A stretch of DNA of 64,000 bases from Lama glama (lineage: Eukaryota). The translations under genes and the position numbers were made by a program. Below the pieces are notes generated by a model. The model had not been told where the DNA came from. It worked only from the letters and a program-made list of their open reading frames with translations, and searched no databases. The stretch covers positions 30,134,001 through 30,198,000 of the forward strand of contig CM052818.1 of NCBI GenBank assembly GCA_028534125.1. Direction: 5' to 3'. Positions 23,127 to 36,686 of the stretch are shown here, in pieces; position 1 is the first letter of the stretch, and each line of letters opens with the position of its first letter.

Positions 23127-25912
23127 GCATCTTCACTTATTTAATAATCCGTCTTTTTATACCAATTTGACATGCTACCTTTTCACATACTAACTTCCTC
23201 TCTATAATTGAATACATTTCTGGAAACCTTCCTGTTTCATTGATCTAAATGACCTCAGTTAAACAGCTAATATTCACTGAATACTAGGATGATTCTATGT
23301 GCTTTATATTAACTAGTTCACTCAATCTTCACAACAGTCTTTTGAACCTTAATTACTTAATATTAACATGAAGTACCTGTAAGCCTAAAACTAATAGTGG
23401 ATTTCTAAAAAGTGGAATAAAAAAGATCAAAGAGGAAAAAGAAAGATGTTTCAATTATGGCAGAAGGCAACTACCTATATTCTGCTGTTCCACGCTGTAA
23501 TGGAAAGAGCACCTGACTTGGGGTTTGAAAATGTAAGCCCTTATTCCAATTTTGCAGGTCAACAGTGTTACTTTAGACAATCTTTCCTTAGGCCTTAGTT
23601 TCCTCATCTGTATAAGGTATGATTACACTCGTTAGATGAGCTCTGAGCTTTTCCCTAACTTTAACATTTTTTGAAAGACTAATGATTAAGCTACTGGCTT
23701 TGAAATTCACTGGATCTGGATTTGAATTTGAGATTCAGTGACCAGGTTCATGCATTCATTCAACAGAAGTACTAGGGGTACACTAATGAACATGTCAGAA
23801 AACTTCCCTGCCCCAATAGGGCTTACATTATAATGGAGGAATTTAAAGAAAAATCTAGACACTTACAGAGAGTAATAGTGCTATGAATAAAACAAGCAGT
23901 GATGTAATACAGTTTAACTCGGGCACATGGTTGGATAGTTACAAGATTCAAGGAAGAGTTCTCTGAATAAATGGTAACATGAAGATGGTTATGGCACGAA
24001 AAGAGCAAAATGCAAAGTGGCAATTTAACTACATTAAGTGTAACCTGTCTAAAACAATTTAAAAATTTTAAGATGCACTTTAACACACACACAGAAAAGT
24101 ACATAAAACATACAGCTTAATGAATTATTAAAAATCACCCATTAAAGAAGTCCTCAAGATTCTTTCCAAATACAAACCTTCTCCCTCACAATAAAAGGTA
24201 ACCATTAACCTGACTTTTATGGCAGTCATCTTCTTGCTTTTTATAAAAATAACTCTGCCAACTGGATTGTGGTGATGGTTGTACAACTATACAAATTTAC
24301 TAAAAATTATCAAATTGCACACTCACAATGGATGAATTTTGTGGTGTGTAAACCTTGTTAAAGCTGCTTTAAAAACGTTGCACCTCAATATGTATCCCTA
24401 AATATTATTGCTTAATTTTGCTTGTGTTTGAACTTCATACAAATGGAGATAACAGGTGCAAATTCTTTGGTGTCAGCTCCTTTCACTCAACATTAATGCT
24501 TGACAAATTCTCCATATTCTTGCACATGGTTCTAACCATTTTCATTGCAAAAAGATTCCACTGAATAATTGTACCTATTTATCCATCTTATGTTGATGGA
24601 TATGCTTTGTCCAATTTTTGGCTATTATGAATGTTACCATGGTCATGTCTCCTGCGGCATATGTACATGTATTTCTGTTGGGGATATATCAAGAGTACAA
24701 TTGCAGATCTTGACCTTAGTATTAAAAGGACACATCTCTTATATCATATTCATAATCAAAAGCTCTGACAAAGTAAACATTGCCTAGAATGTCAGGTATG
24801 GTGTGGTACCAACATACCTGTTTGATTTCATAAACTACTAAACTTCAATCAAATGAGTTTTCATTTCCTTCTACTCACCTGCTATTTCCTCTGTCTGGAA
24901 TAGTCTCCCTCCCTTCTCTGCCTAGTTAACTTTTACTTATCCCTAAAATCTCAGCTTAAGCATTTCTTCAGGAAGGATTTTCTCATGGAATTTTTCTGTT
25001 ACAAACTCCCTTGCCTCCACAGACCTCCCTCCATTTGTTGCAATTGTTTTACAATTTGTGAAACTAATTGTCTATGTCTCAAAAAATACTGGCTCATTAA
25101 GGTTAGGGGGTGCATATGTGTGTGGCCTTTGTTGCATATCACTGTATCCCTGCACCTACCATAGTACCTGGCACATAAAAAGGGGTCAATAAACACTTGA
25201 TGAATATCAACTATCTCTTCATACTCAGCATATCCAGTTCAAAAGCTGTTTCTTCTGAATGTTTTGTTCTTGGGGCTACCACCACTACCATTCGTTGAAA
25301 ATAAATTTGTGTTAGGCAACATATTTTCCTAAATCTCATTTGGCAAAGCAGATTAAGTATGAGGGACTCGAGCGCCTAGGCCCATCATCATCAGCAAGTA
25401 TTATTTTTTACTGTTTCCTATGGAGTCACTATAATTATCAGTGAGAAATTTAGCATAAGGACTATAAAACATATGGGTTGTTTCATTATTAATACACATC
25501 ATTTAAGTGATATTTACATAGCAACTGATTAATTCCACAAGTGAGTAGAATCATTATAAAATCGAGGAAAATGTAGAATTTCAGTATTTCATCTTCAACA
25601 AGCAGCACTTACTTGTGAATAGCAGCAATCACTTTTATGTTATCTTTTTATCACCAGATGACAAATTTCTCCCATAATCAGTCATTCTGTGTAATTCAAT
25701 TTGATCCTATGTAAATACTTCGGTAAGCTTATTGCCTGTTTCATTTTTAATCAAAATTGCTGAGTGGCAACTACTATAGAAAAACTAAGGTTTCTATTCT
25801 TAATAAATCTAACTTAATATTCAAAGTGTTAATTTAAGAAAATTACTACAGGTAGGAGAGCTTACTTTTCCCCCACAAGTATTAACAATCCTTATATACT
25901 CTAATTGCAAGT

Positions 25913-26022
25913 TTTTTTTTAATTGAAGTATAGTCAGTTTACAATGTTGTGTCAAGTTTCTGGTGTACAGCATAAAGTTTCAGTCATACATATACCTACA
26001 TTTGTTTTCATATTCTTTTTCA
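25913..26022 (-). mobile_element. 110-bp young L1 3' end with perfect 13-bp TSD
   Basis: TTTTTTTTAATTGAAGTATAGTCAGTTTACAATGTTGTGTCAAGTTTCTGGTGTACAGC; TSD TCTAATTGCAAGT at 25900-25912 and 26023-26035. Confidence 0.9.
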
Positions 26023-28834
26023 TCTAATTGCAAGTACTGAAATATTTTACAAAAATATTTTTCATATTAATATCTAACTTAAATCTAAGTGATAGTATTA
26101 GCATATCCCTAAACTGTTCAGAAGGGATGTTTAAGGAATTTTTTTCAAGCACTTGCAAACTATAAAATAAATATCTTCAAAGTAAAACCTTGTGGATACT
26201 TGCTGAAAATTATTAGTTGAAACCAGGACTACTACCAATACAAAATGTAAAATAGGGAATTATTTTACTAATATCATCTTATTTATACTGACATTCTTTC
26301 TTTGACTTAACCTCCAAATTGGAACCTCAGCATATCAAAAGAACTTCAAATGAGAAATCTAACCCTAAGCCTCATGTTTAATAATATATACCTTGTATAG
26401 GGGATACTCTCTTAACCATTTCTCTTCAGACCACTATACCCCATAAGGCACAGTAGAGTATAAAATTCATACCAGTTTGTTACAAAGAAAATGTATTCAC
26501 AAGTGGAATTTTCTTCAGAAAATAGTATGATGTCTGGTGCAAAGATATAAGAATGTCTACTCTTAACTGATGTCAAAATCATATTTGGGCATTTATTTAT
26601 AAAGTGACAAAGACTCTCAAACACACAAACTACTGCCAGGAAACTATACAAATAAGGAATAGAGCACTTGCAATAAAGTTTCTAAAGGGAAATTAAAATG
26701 TAGTACTAGGTAAGATGTAATACAAGGGTCCAATTAAAGAAACCATTTATGAAAGAGAATAACAAAATACTACTATTTTGTTTATATAACTAACAAGAGC
26801 AGAGAATATCTGAAGGTGATTTTCAGCTCTATCAACACTTATTTCAGATTGCCATGTAATCGGAAAGAACTATATCAACATAAACAAGCCTACATCCTGT
26901 AATAGGGCCTTTTTAACATTCTGAGACAACCTATGGTCCCCATGATGAGAGCTGTTCTCTTTTCTTGTAACGAACAAATAAAAAATCCAACCTGTTCAAT
27001 TACAAAAGAAAAATCGTACAGAAGATATTTTAACAAAACTTAACAAATGTGTCACAATTTCCTAAAGCCTAAATTAGCTAAAATATGCACTAATAAAAAT
27101 GGAAAAGATGAATAACAATCATCTTAAAATATTGTTTTGTTGAATATGGAAAATATTCTGTTTTTATTAGTTTATAGAAGCATTATTTATTCAATGTTTT
27201 ATTATGTCAGAATTTTTAATGACCTAAATTTTAAACAATACTTAAATAAAAAATCTACCTCATATTTTAAGTCAAATTTTCACTAATTTAGAAATATTAA
27301 TATATTAATATTTGGGGAATTTTTGGAAATAGACACATTATATATAAAACTGTCTTACTGACCTTAGAAATTGCCAAGTTTAATAAAGGTTCATAAAATT
27401 TTAGAAATCTTCCTAAACTGTATTTTAATACAATAAAAATTATATAGTCTTTGATCTGTAATAAAAATTTCAGTTATTTTACAATCAATTTAAAACAGAA
27501 GTAAAAATGTCTCTTTTTTAAGGAGTAACATTCATCAGGATCATAACTGATAACACTTAAAACATGCACACACACATAACTAGAAGAGACTATCTTGTTA
27601 GTTCTGTTTAAAACTACAAATGAACTACTAATTAGATTGGAAATCATGATTTAAAATTAGTATGACTTATAAAATATTATCATATACAAATTCAAGGAGA
27701 GGTCATTATGGTCAGCTTACCATTAGCTGTAGGAGTACTGTATCTTGTACACATTTACAAACTGTGCTTTCAAACTAACAATCTGTTTTAACTGCTTTGC
27801 TCATTTGCACATGAAGATATTGGATGTGCCTGAAGCATTATAAATTGCATTTATATATACCTAAAACAGGGCAGTTCCCAAGATTAAATGCTATTATTTT
27901 TTAAAGCTTTTTTAGAACATAATTACCTCACTTTATCTTACATTATTAGGAATAAACATGGTCCATATAAGTAAACTTTTTATTCACATCTTAAAGAAAT
28001 GATAGCTTAAAAAATTTTTAAACCATCTTTTGATGAAGTTGGTCCTAAAACACCTTAACTTTTTGTTTAGTAAAATTCTACTGCCTGGTATGGACCCCCA
28101 AGCTTTTTGAGGAAGATTCCAGGGTCAATACCATGAAATCAAATATAATAATCCATTATAACCAAGTCTTGATCTCAGGAACTCCTGGAGTGTGACAAAT
28201 GTTTATTCTAGAGTTGCTGCTCCTGTAGCTACAGATTCTTCCGTACTATTTCATATTATTTTAGGTTCTAGACTTTCTGCCCCTCTGGTGCTTCTAATCT
28301 GTTTTCCTAAGCTGAGTTTAAAAATCAGCATTATATAATTTTCCCACATTATTCTGGCTGAAGGGTAGCTCCACGCTTTTCCTACAGCTTAAAATCTGAT
28401 TTTTTTTTTTTTCTCTTGTAGGTTGAGGGAGAGGTGGAAAGGTAGAGAGACAGGCTTGATATCTTGGTAATTTTTGTAGGCTTGCTTCAGAATTGCTGGA
28501 TATTTCCTGACAGATAAGGTTGCTAAAGGAATACATACCAAGAGACGGCCATGTTACCATATTGAGAACAGCAGTTAATTCTTCTAGCTGAGACCAGAAA
28601 GGATAATATAATAACTTGCTAATAGTTATTAGGCATTTGCTACTTTATGGATATAAAATATTTTATCTACTTTACAAGATAATATTAATTAAAGGTACAT
28701 CTAGAAATCTCTGAAATTATTTGCAAAAAAAATTTCACTAGTAGAAATTTCTTAATATTTCCCTTAGCAAATATTGTATGCTTGTTAAGGGTACCTGATA
28801 CTTGTCAAAATATCAAGTAATACAGGACAGGTGT

Positions 28835-28870
28835 TATAAAACAAAACACACAACTGGGAAGTATTTTATT
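28835..28870 (-). terminator. YIPF4: Probable proximal YIPF4 polyadenylation site
   Basis: Minus-strand AATAAA at 28870-28865 followed by ATACTTCCCA and a GT-rich tract (GTTGTGTGTTTTGTTTT), about 0.93 kb after the stop codon. Confidence 0.55.
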
Positions 28871-29800
28871 TTTTTCTACTTCATGTAACATTATTCAGGA
28901 CCACAAGATTTTAAAGGTCTCTTTCCAGCAACTTTTATGACTTAAGTATCACTTAAAAATATTTACTGATGCTATAAATATTACTGTTTTTCTACATATT
29001 GACAATTTTAATGACTGCCATATCCATTACACCTCTTGCTCCTTTGGTCAGAAAGAGAAACACAAAATGTAAATCAGATGTTTAGACATTCAAAAGGGGT
29101 TTGTAAAAGCACACCCAAACAAACCAAACCTCAGCAACTGTTATAATTGGTTTTAGTTGTTACTATTCAGAATTCTTAACAAGGACATACTGAAGCATGT
29201 ATGAGATTTTCAAAATTATATACAATTTAAAAACAAATTTAAATTTATAAATAAAAAGTTTAATGGCCAAATTAAACAAGGTTTAAGCACTGGACTTAAA
29301 ATATCTTAATTTTTAGGCTATTCAGAAATATATTTTGTGAATAATAAGAATTACTTCATAAATATATATGTATAAATATAAATATGTATCTACAGGATCT
29401 GTGATGCAGAAGAAAACTCTAAAGAAAAAAGTGCACTTTTAGATTATCAGGATGTTGTCATATTTATCCTTCAAGTAAAATATAATTACCATTCCAGGTG
29501 CTTTTGGCACAAGTTTTTAGGTGAACATTGACACAATCTTAAAAACACAGTGCTTTTATATTTTATTCACTGGAATATGAGAATCAAACAGAATTTAGAA
29601 TTCTGACCAAAAAAATTCAGATAACTGCAACTGCTTAATTAAATACAAAAAAAATTGTTTTAAAAAGACTTTAAACTGCCTTTACATCTGGAACATGTAA
29701 AATTTTACCAGCAACAGGTTTTCTTCATTCCCCTCAAACAAGAATTCCCAGCCTGCACAGAAATGTAACATTGTCTTTTTCTACTCGTATATGACTTAGA

Positions 29801-29989
<189 letters not shown>

Positions 29990-30711
29990 TTAGCAAGTCA
30001 ATTAACACTTTGGGTATCACAGAGTAAAAATAACATTTACAATATTTTTTAAGAACAACTCTGACAACTGATTGTGGTAAATAGTAAAGCTTACTGAGAA
30101 TGTTTAAAACTTATTAATAATATTAATCCTTGCTCTGCTCCTTAACTTCTGCAAATGAAGTCTTTTGTTACCAAACCTGTCTAATCATAAGACTCACCTC
30201 AGGTGCCTATTAAGAAGAGAATCATGGGATTCATTCTAGTTCTGTTGAATCAGAATTTATGAGAAGACTCTAATGATGAGTCCTTTTAACATGTGTCCCT
30301 GGTGACTTAAGATAAGGCAACTTCTGGAAAAACTATTACTGGAATAAATTGCTGAAAAATATTTGTTTGCTGAAAGAAAACTGATCCTTACAGAGTAGAA
30401 ATTTTTCCCTGTTTCCCTTCCAAGAAGTAGGAAAACAGATTAAGTGAATATTTTACATAATACTTAGTAAGTATCACAGCATTTCCCCAGGACTAGGTAG
30501 AAGTATAGTGTTAAATGAAAAGAAGGAAAAACAACATTTTGGTGGAGAGTTTTCTGATTATACACATACCTAATTTTAAATTATTTCCACTAGAAATTTA
30601 TGTAGTATTTATTAATGTAGTCATTGAAGGCATTTAACAGAATAAAATGAAAGGGAGAAATTTAAGGGCAGAAATCAGGGAAATTATGATAGAAATAGAT
30701 TTGGCACAGAG

Positions 30712-30927
30712 CAGGGTTTCTCAGCTTTGCACTAATCACATTTTGGGGCAGGAAAATTGTGGTGGGAAGTTGTCTTGTGCATTGTAGGATGTTCAGCAGT
30801 ATCCCTGGTCTCTACCCACTATATACGAGTAACATCGTAACTCTCCCCATTTGTGACACTCAAAAATGTCCACAGACATTGCCAAATATCCTTGGGGGAC
30901 AAAATCACCATCAGTTCAGAACCACTG
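30712..30927 (+). mobile_element. MER20 MITE (YIPF4 intron 5)
   Basis: CAGGGTTTCTCAGCTTTGCACT...TGTCTTGTGCATTGTAGGATGTTCAGCAGTATCCCTGGTCTCTACCCACTA...CAGTTCAGAACCACTG. Confidence 0.85.
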
Positions 30928-31365
30928 GTACAGAGATAAAAAAGAAATCCTGACAGACTTACTGAAAATGTATTTGAGATAGTCTAACTTTCCATTGTGC
31001 TTTTAAACTAAAAACAAACAAACGAACAACTACAAAAATATTTTAAACTTGTAAAAAAAAAGTACAGGAAAATATATTGAACTAAATTATAATCAAATTG
31101 CATCTGGATGTCACAATTAAAGTTTTGTTGTAAATAAATGGTTAAATATTGGTAAGAATTACAGAGACTTAATGTTAAAAAAATTCATGCTTGTAGATTA
31201 AACTGTATTCTAATACTAGAGTTAAGTGATGAGCATTTAGCAACCTTATTTCTCAACAAACTTTGGACTGAAACAAGAAGCATGTACAACAGCTCACTAT
31301 ACACAGAAGATTAAGTGATTAGAGGAAAAAATTTACCAAAGAAAAATTTTAAAAAATTTTATCCT

Positions 31366-31577
31366 AGGAACCAAATTATTAGTTACACTTAAAAAAAAAA
31401 TGACCAGTTTATGCAATTAATCAGGGTGCATTTTAAGGTCTTTGTTTATTGTATAATGCAGAATTTGAAAATTCCAAGGAAATATCCTCTTGTTCTTAAT
31501 GATGCATGAGTGTAAGTAATGCTAGTTAGCAGTATTTGATTGTAAGAAATCAATAAAGTAATTGTATTTAAAAATAA
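31366..31577 (+). pseudogene. 5'-truncated processed retrocopy of an mRNA 3'UTR end (in YIPF4 intron 5, antisense)
   Basis: AATAAA at 31552-31557, A-tail about 12 nt later, and flanking direct repeats AAA(A/T)AATTTTATCCT (31351-31365, 31578-31592) at a TTTT|AAAA site. Confidence 0.7.
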
Positions 31578-33011
31578 AAATAATTTTATCCTGAATTTTT
31601 AATGATATAAAAAAGACTCATTTTATAATACATAAATATGTTGTATAAAAAATACTAAGATCAATTTTCAGTTGAACTTGATGACTAAAAATAACCAGAG
31701 AACACAGTTTTAGCAATTTTGGGAGTAGTCTCAGAAGTATTCAAACAGGCTTTAATCCAAAAACAACACACAGGCAGGAAGTGATCTTGAATGATTCAGT
31801 AAAGTGGTATGTTCACTAAGATTAGATAATTAAATGCCAGTATGGGGCTAGCTCCTGCACTGCACGACTTTTAAATTAAGAGCTAATAGTGACAATTAAA
31901 AAATAAAAAACTTTTACGATTAGAATGTAGAGGAAAGAAAGCGCTTCTCCTTAGGCTCTGAAGTGTTCAAACAGTTTGAACATACAAACATGTTCTCAAA
32001 ATAGTCTTTTAATGTTTATAATAATAACAGCTACCACATGAGCGCCTATTCTGTGCCAAGCACTGTACTAGGCATGACTTATACTTTAAAATCTTCATAA
32101 CAAACCCTAAAAAGGAGTTGTTAAGATTCCCCTTTTCCAGAGGAGGATAAGAAAAGATATCTCCCCAAGGCAGAAGGAAGTAAGTGGCAGAACCAGGATC
32201 TGAATTCAGAAGTGACTGGTTTCAAAATCCAACTCTTCTAAATACCCAATACTCATATAATGTCAATATTAGCCTGTAGTTACTCAATTCTAAAAGGAAT
32301 AATTTGTTTTATATTGGAATTATATTGTAACAAACATTAAGTAAAACCAAATGTCATAAAAGTAACTACTTAAATACTTTAGCATGGAGGCGACATAATG
32401 TTAGTTCTAGAAGTGATGGTCTTAAAAAGTTCTATTTTCCACAAAGAAAAAGAAAATTACATTCGTTGTGCAATATACACATATGTGATAAAGCAGTTAT
32501 TTATTTCTCAAAGCAGTTCAAAATTAATAAATGCCAAAAGTTACATCACTACTTATTATTAATATTTAATAATATCAGTAAATGTTTAAAGTGGATACAT
32601 ATGTTAACGGAAATTTAACACAGTATAAAGTCCTGATCTCGGCAACATAGAAAAGCTAATTGGAACCATGTCTATCATATTTAATAAGAAACTTACTATT
32701 CAAATTGGAATAAAAATTATTAAATAAATGTCCAGTGGAATTTTAAATAAACATCTCCCACAAAATCTAACTCAGATGAACTTGTACTATAAGGATAGAG
32801 AAGAAAAATTTTTAAATTCTTTGGTGTAATATTCTGAGGCCTGATTTGCATTTTGTTCTTTATTCCTACCTAGACATACATTATAATTTCTGGCAATTAA
32901 AAAGGGAAAATAAAAGAAATAGAACTGGTAAAATTAGTATGGTCACTGTCCCAAAATAGTAATTGTTTGATAAATAATTATAGATGACAAGATTCTTAGC
33001 CAGAGAACTAG

Positions 33012-33400
33012 TATAACCAGTTCTTGTTAACTGTGAGTTCTGTATCCACGGATCCATCAGTGAATCAAAAATATTCAGGGAAAAAATTTTTCAGAAAGTT
33101 CCAAAAAGCAAAACTTGAATTTGCTGCATCGCAGACAAGTATTCACATAGCATTTACATTGTACGAGGTATCAAAAGCAATCTAGACATGATTTAAAGTA
33201 TATGTATTTCTGGAAGGAAGTGAGCTCTTTGTCCTTCTATTCCACCTTCTTGAAGCTTCTCCCCAAAGTATATGTAAAGATGTGCATAGCTTATATGTAA
33301 ATACTATACCACTTTGTATAAGATACTTGAGCATCTGCAGATTTTAGTGTCTGCAGGGGTCCTGGAACCAACCCCCTATGGATACTGAGAGACAACTGTA
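33012..33400 (+). mobile_element. MER2 (TcMar-Tigger) with an internal 58-bp insertion
   Basis: CCAAAAAGCAAAACTTGAATTTGCTGC; AATCTAGACATGATTTAAAGTATA; GGGGTCCTGGAACCAACCCCCTATGGATACTGAGAGACAACTGTA. Confidence 0.85.
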
Positions 33401-33414
33401 TACTTCTGTTACTA

Positions 33415-33570
<156 letters not shown>

Positions 33571-33676
33571 TTAAATAAATATCAAGTGAAATCAAGACAT
33601 TCATTTTAATCACTATTAAACATCACACATACTTTGTTGTACTTACATAAACGTGAGAATTAAGAAAATCATAAAA

Positions 33677-34182
33677 TCATAGCAGCACTATTTACAATAG
33701 CCAAAACATGGAAACAGCCTAAATGTCCATCAATAGGTGACTGGAGAAAGAAGATGTGGTATATTTATACAATGGAATACTACTCAGCCATAAAAACCGA
33801 CAACATAACGCCATTTGCAGCAACATGGATGCTCCTAGAGAATGTCATTATAAGTGAAGTAAGCCAGAAAGAGAAAGAAAAATACCATATGAGATCGCTC
33901 ATATGTGGAATCTAAAGACTCATGGACAGAGAATACAGACTTGTGGTTGCCAGGGGGGTGGAGGGTGGGAAGGGATAGACTGGGATTTCAAAATTGTAGA
34001 ATAGATAAACAAGATTACACTGTATAGCACAGGGAAATATACACAAAATGTTATGATAAATCACAGAGAAAAAAATGTGACAATGAGTGTGCATATGTCC
34101 GTGAATGACTGAAAAATTGTGCTGAACACTGGAATTTGACACAACATTGTAAAATGATTATAAATCAATAAAAAATGTTAAA
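33677..34182 (+). mobile_element. Young lineage-specific 5'-truncated L1 (YIPF4 intron 4, antisense)
   Basis: TCATAGCAGCACTATTTACAATAGCCAAAACATGGAAACAGCCTAAATGTCCATC...TCAATAAAAAATGTTAAAAAAAAA; TSD approximately AAGAAAATCATAAAA / AAAAAAGTCATAAAA. Confidence 0.9.
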
Positions 34183-34905
34183 AAAAAAGTCATAAAAGTC
34201 TCATATCCATCTTATTTCAAATTATCATATATTCTTTTATGTCCTGCACAATCTCAGCAACGTATCATGTTCTCAATTGTCATTAATTTTCTGATGATAT
34301 CCAAATCTACATTTCCGGCCCTTCTCTCACTTTTGAGCTTAATATTCATATATCCAATTACCTTGAGTATATTTCTACAGTACACTTGGTCACTACTTCC
34401 CTTGTTGTGGGATTACTTAAAGGGACCACAATCATCTTATTCAGATGAAAAACTCAAGACCTAGAGAAGCTAGATGTGACAAATGCAGACTAAAAGGGAA
34501 GGGAGAGCAGGCCGGAGAGACTAAAGAGAAAAATATTTTTTTTGGAGTTACTGTGTGCCAAGCTCTGTGATAGAGCATCACATATTGTGAAGATCAAATA
34601 TAGTAAGAACCCTATGAAATATTATTGTACCCATTATGAAGTAACTGATTCTTTGGCAAAGTGCTTTATTCAGGAAAGCAAAGCTAGCAGGTAGAGAGTT
34701 CAAATTAAGATCTAGGTTTCAACTTCTGTATCAACAGTCCTAAATTACCAAAACATTTAATAATATCTGTTTTCATATAAAAGTTATAAAGGTTATGTCT
34801 AGAATATAAGAAATAATATGTAAACAAATGTAATTTTAAGTGTCTATTAGAATTATTTTAAATTTCCATATGCAGAGTGAAGAAGTTTCATAGGTAAAAA
34901 TTTTT

Positions 34906-35043
34906 TAAGTTTTTTTTTGTAGGGGGGAAGGTAATTAGGTTTATATTATTATTTATTTACTTTTAGAGGAAGTACTGGGGATTGAACCCAGGACTTCCTG
35001 CACGCTAAGCATGCGCTGTATCACTTGAGCTATACCCTCCCTT
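34906..35043 (-). mobile_element. tRNA-derived camelid-type SINE (Vic-1-like)
   Basis: Reverse complement of GGGAGGGTATAGCTCAAGTGATACAGCGCATGCTTAGCGTGCAGGAAGTCCTGGGTTCAATCCCCAGTAC..AAACCTAATTACCTTCCCCCC; same family as the copy at 9650. Confidence 0.85.
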
Positions 35044-35465
35044 CTTAGATAAATGTTATTCTAAATTTATTCAAGAGTTTTAGATTAAGGTGATGGATTG
35101 AATATATGTATTTAATACTGTTCCCTCCTGAAACTCCAATAAAGGGAAGGGAAAAAAGAAACTCCTTTTTATAAGAGGCATAAACAGGAGATCAGAAGAC
35201 AGGACAACTTAATTTTGGAAGCTGGAAAGCAGAAGAACAAGAGCTAAGAAAGAGACTTGGAGACCTTTCCACCAAGTGTTAAGAAAAGGCTCAAGATATC
35301 TGCATTTAGTATTTAATGTTCATAGAGTCAGCCTGATATGAGCCAGAACCCACATGACAACTCTGCCAGGCATCTCCTCTGCTTTACTCTCTCAACAGAG
35401 AGTGGAATTCCAGAATGCTGAAACTTCTAGGTTTATAGTAATTCATGAAGTCTAATTTAATGGAG

Positions 35466-36686
35466 CAGAGGTTCTCAAGGTGTGGCCCGTGTACTAATAG
35501 GGCAAAAGCAATGGTGTGTAAAACATGTCGTTTTACCCACAAATCAAGTGACATGAACTGTACTAGTAGTTACTGTGTTCCTTACTATCACACATTTACA
35601 GAAAAAGAAAAAAAGCCAGGTTTCACTTAACAATGTCCTTTATGAAGCAGTTAAGATGATTAATTTTATTAAATCGCAACCTTTGTGTATATGTCTTTTC
35701 AATATTCTGTATAACAAAATGGGAAATAGAAAGCATTTCTGCTGTATCCTGATTTAATGGTAATCCAAAGAAGAGAACCTGTATACCTGCTTGGATGAGG
35801 AGTTGAACTAGATGCTTTTTCCATGAAACACCATTTTTACTTGAAAGACAAACTATGGTTATCCAGAGTTAGGTATTGGCAGGCATGTTAAGAACCTGAA
35901 TGAAGTGAGCCTGCTCCAAGGAAAACAACTGACAGTATTTCTTGCAACTTATAAAATTCTTTCAAGCAAAAAGTAGAATTTTGGAAAACTTATATCCATT
36001 ACTGTAAGCCTGACAGTTTCCTCATAAAGGATTTTCTGATGAGATAGGTGGTGACATTAATAAACATGATTTTCTGATATTGTATAACAAAACATATCAA
36101 CATTTAGAAGATCTGTAAAACTAAGTGACCCCAATTGTTTTCTATATGATGATGCATGAATAAAAAGATCTATCCAATGTGAATTTTAGTGAAAAAGAGT
36201 ATGAAAAGTTCACTGATATGGTTTGAGATTCTCACTGCAACAAACCTTTAAAAAATTATTACTTGTTGAGTGTTGTTGCAGTATCAGAGTAGATGTCCAC
36301 AATCAAGCAAAAAAGGTATTAAAATACTCTTCCTTTACAAATTGTGTATCTGTAGGAGGCCTTGTTTTTTATATATACTTTAAACAAAACAATATATCAT
36401 AACAATTGAATGCAGAAAGTAGATATTAGAATCCAGCTTCCACTAACCCAGACATTAAAACTACTTGCAAAAATGTTAAACAATGTCTTTTTCTCACTTT
36501 GTTTTGAAAATAGTTTTAAAACATATTTTTTATGTTAAAATGCATTTGGTTTACTTTTAGTTTTAAATGAATATATCTATATTTAAAATTTTTATTTTAA
36601 ATTTTAACATAGTAAATATTGGTAAATAAAACTCACATAAAGAAATCTCTTTGGGGATGTGAAATCAAAATGTTTGAGAACTGCTG
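35466..36686 (+). mobile_element. Charlie1-type hAT DNA transposon (internally deleted, with transposase remnants)
   Basis: Termini CAGAGGTTCTCAA ... TTGAGAACTGCTG; 8-bp TSD TAATGGAG / TAACAGAG; degenerate transposase sequence (…MINFIKSQPL…FNILYNKMG…). Confidence 0.8.

Noticed and set aside
28390..28425. Strong-looking plus-strand acceptor (CTGATTTTTTTTTTTTTCTCTTGTAG|G) antisense to the YIPF4 3'UTR
   Set aside because: Can be explained by an A-run in the minus-strand UTR; no partner exon or other evidence for an antisense transcript.
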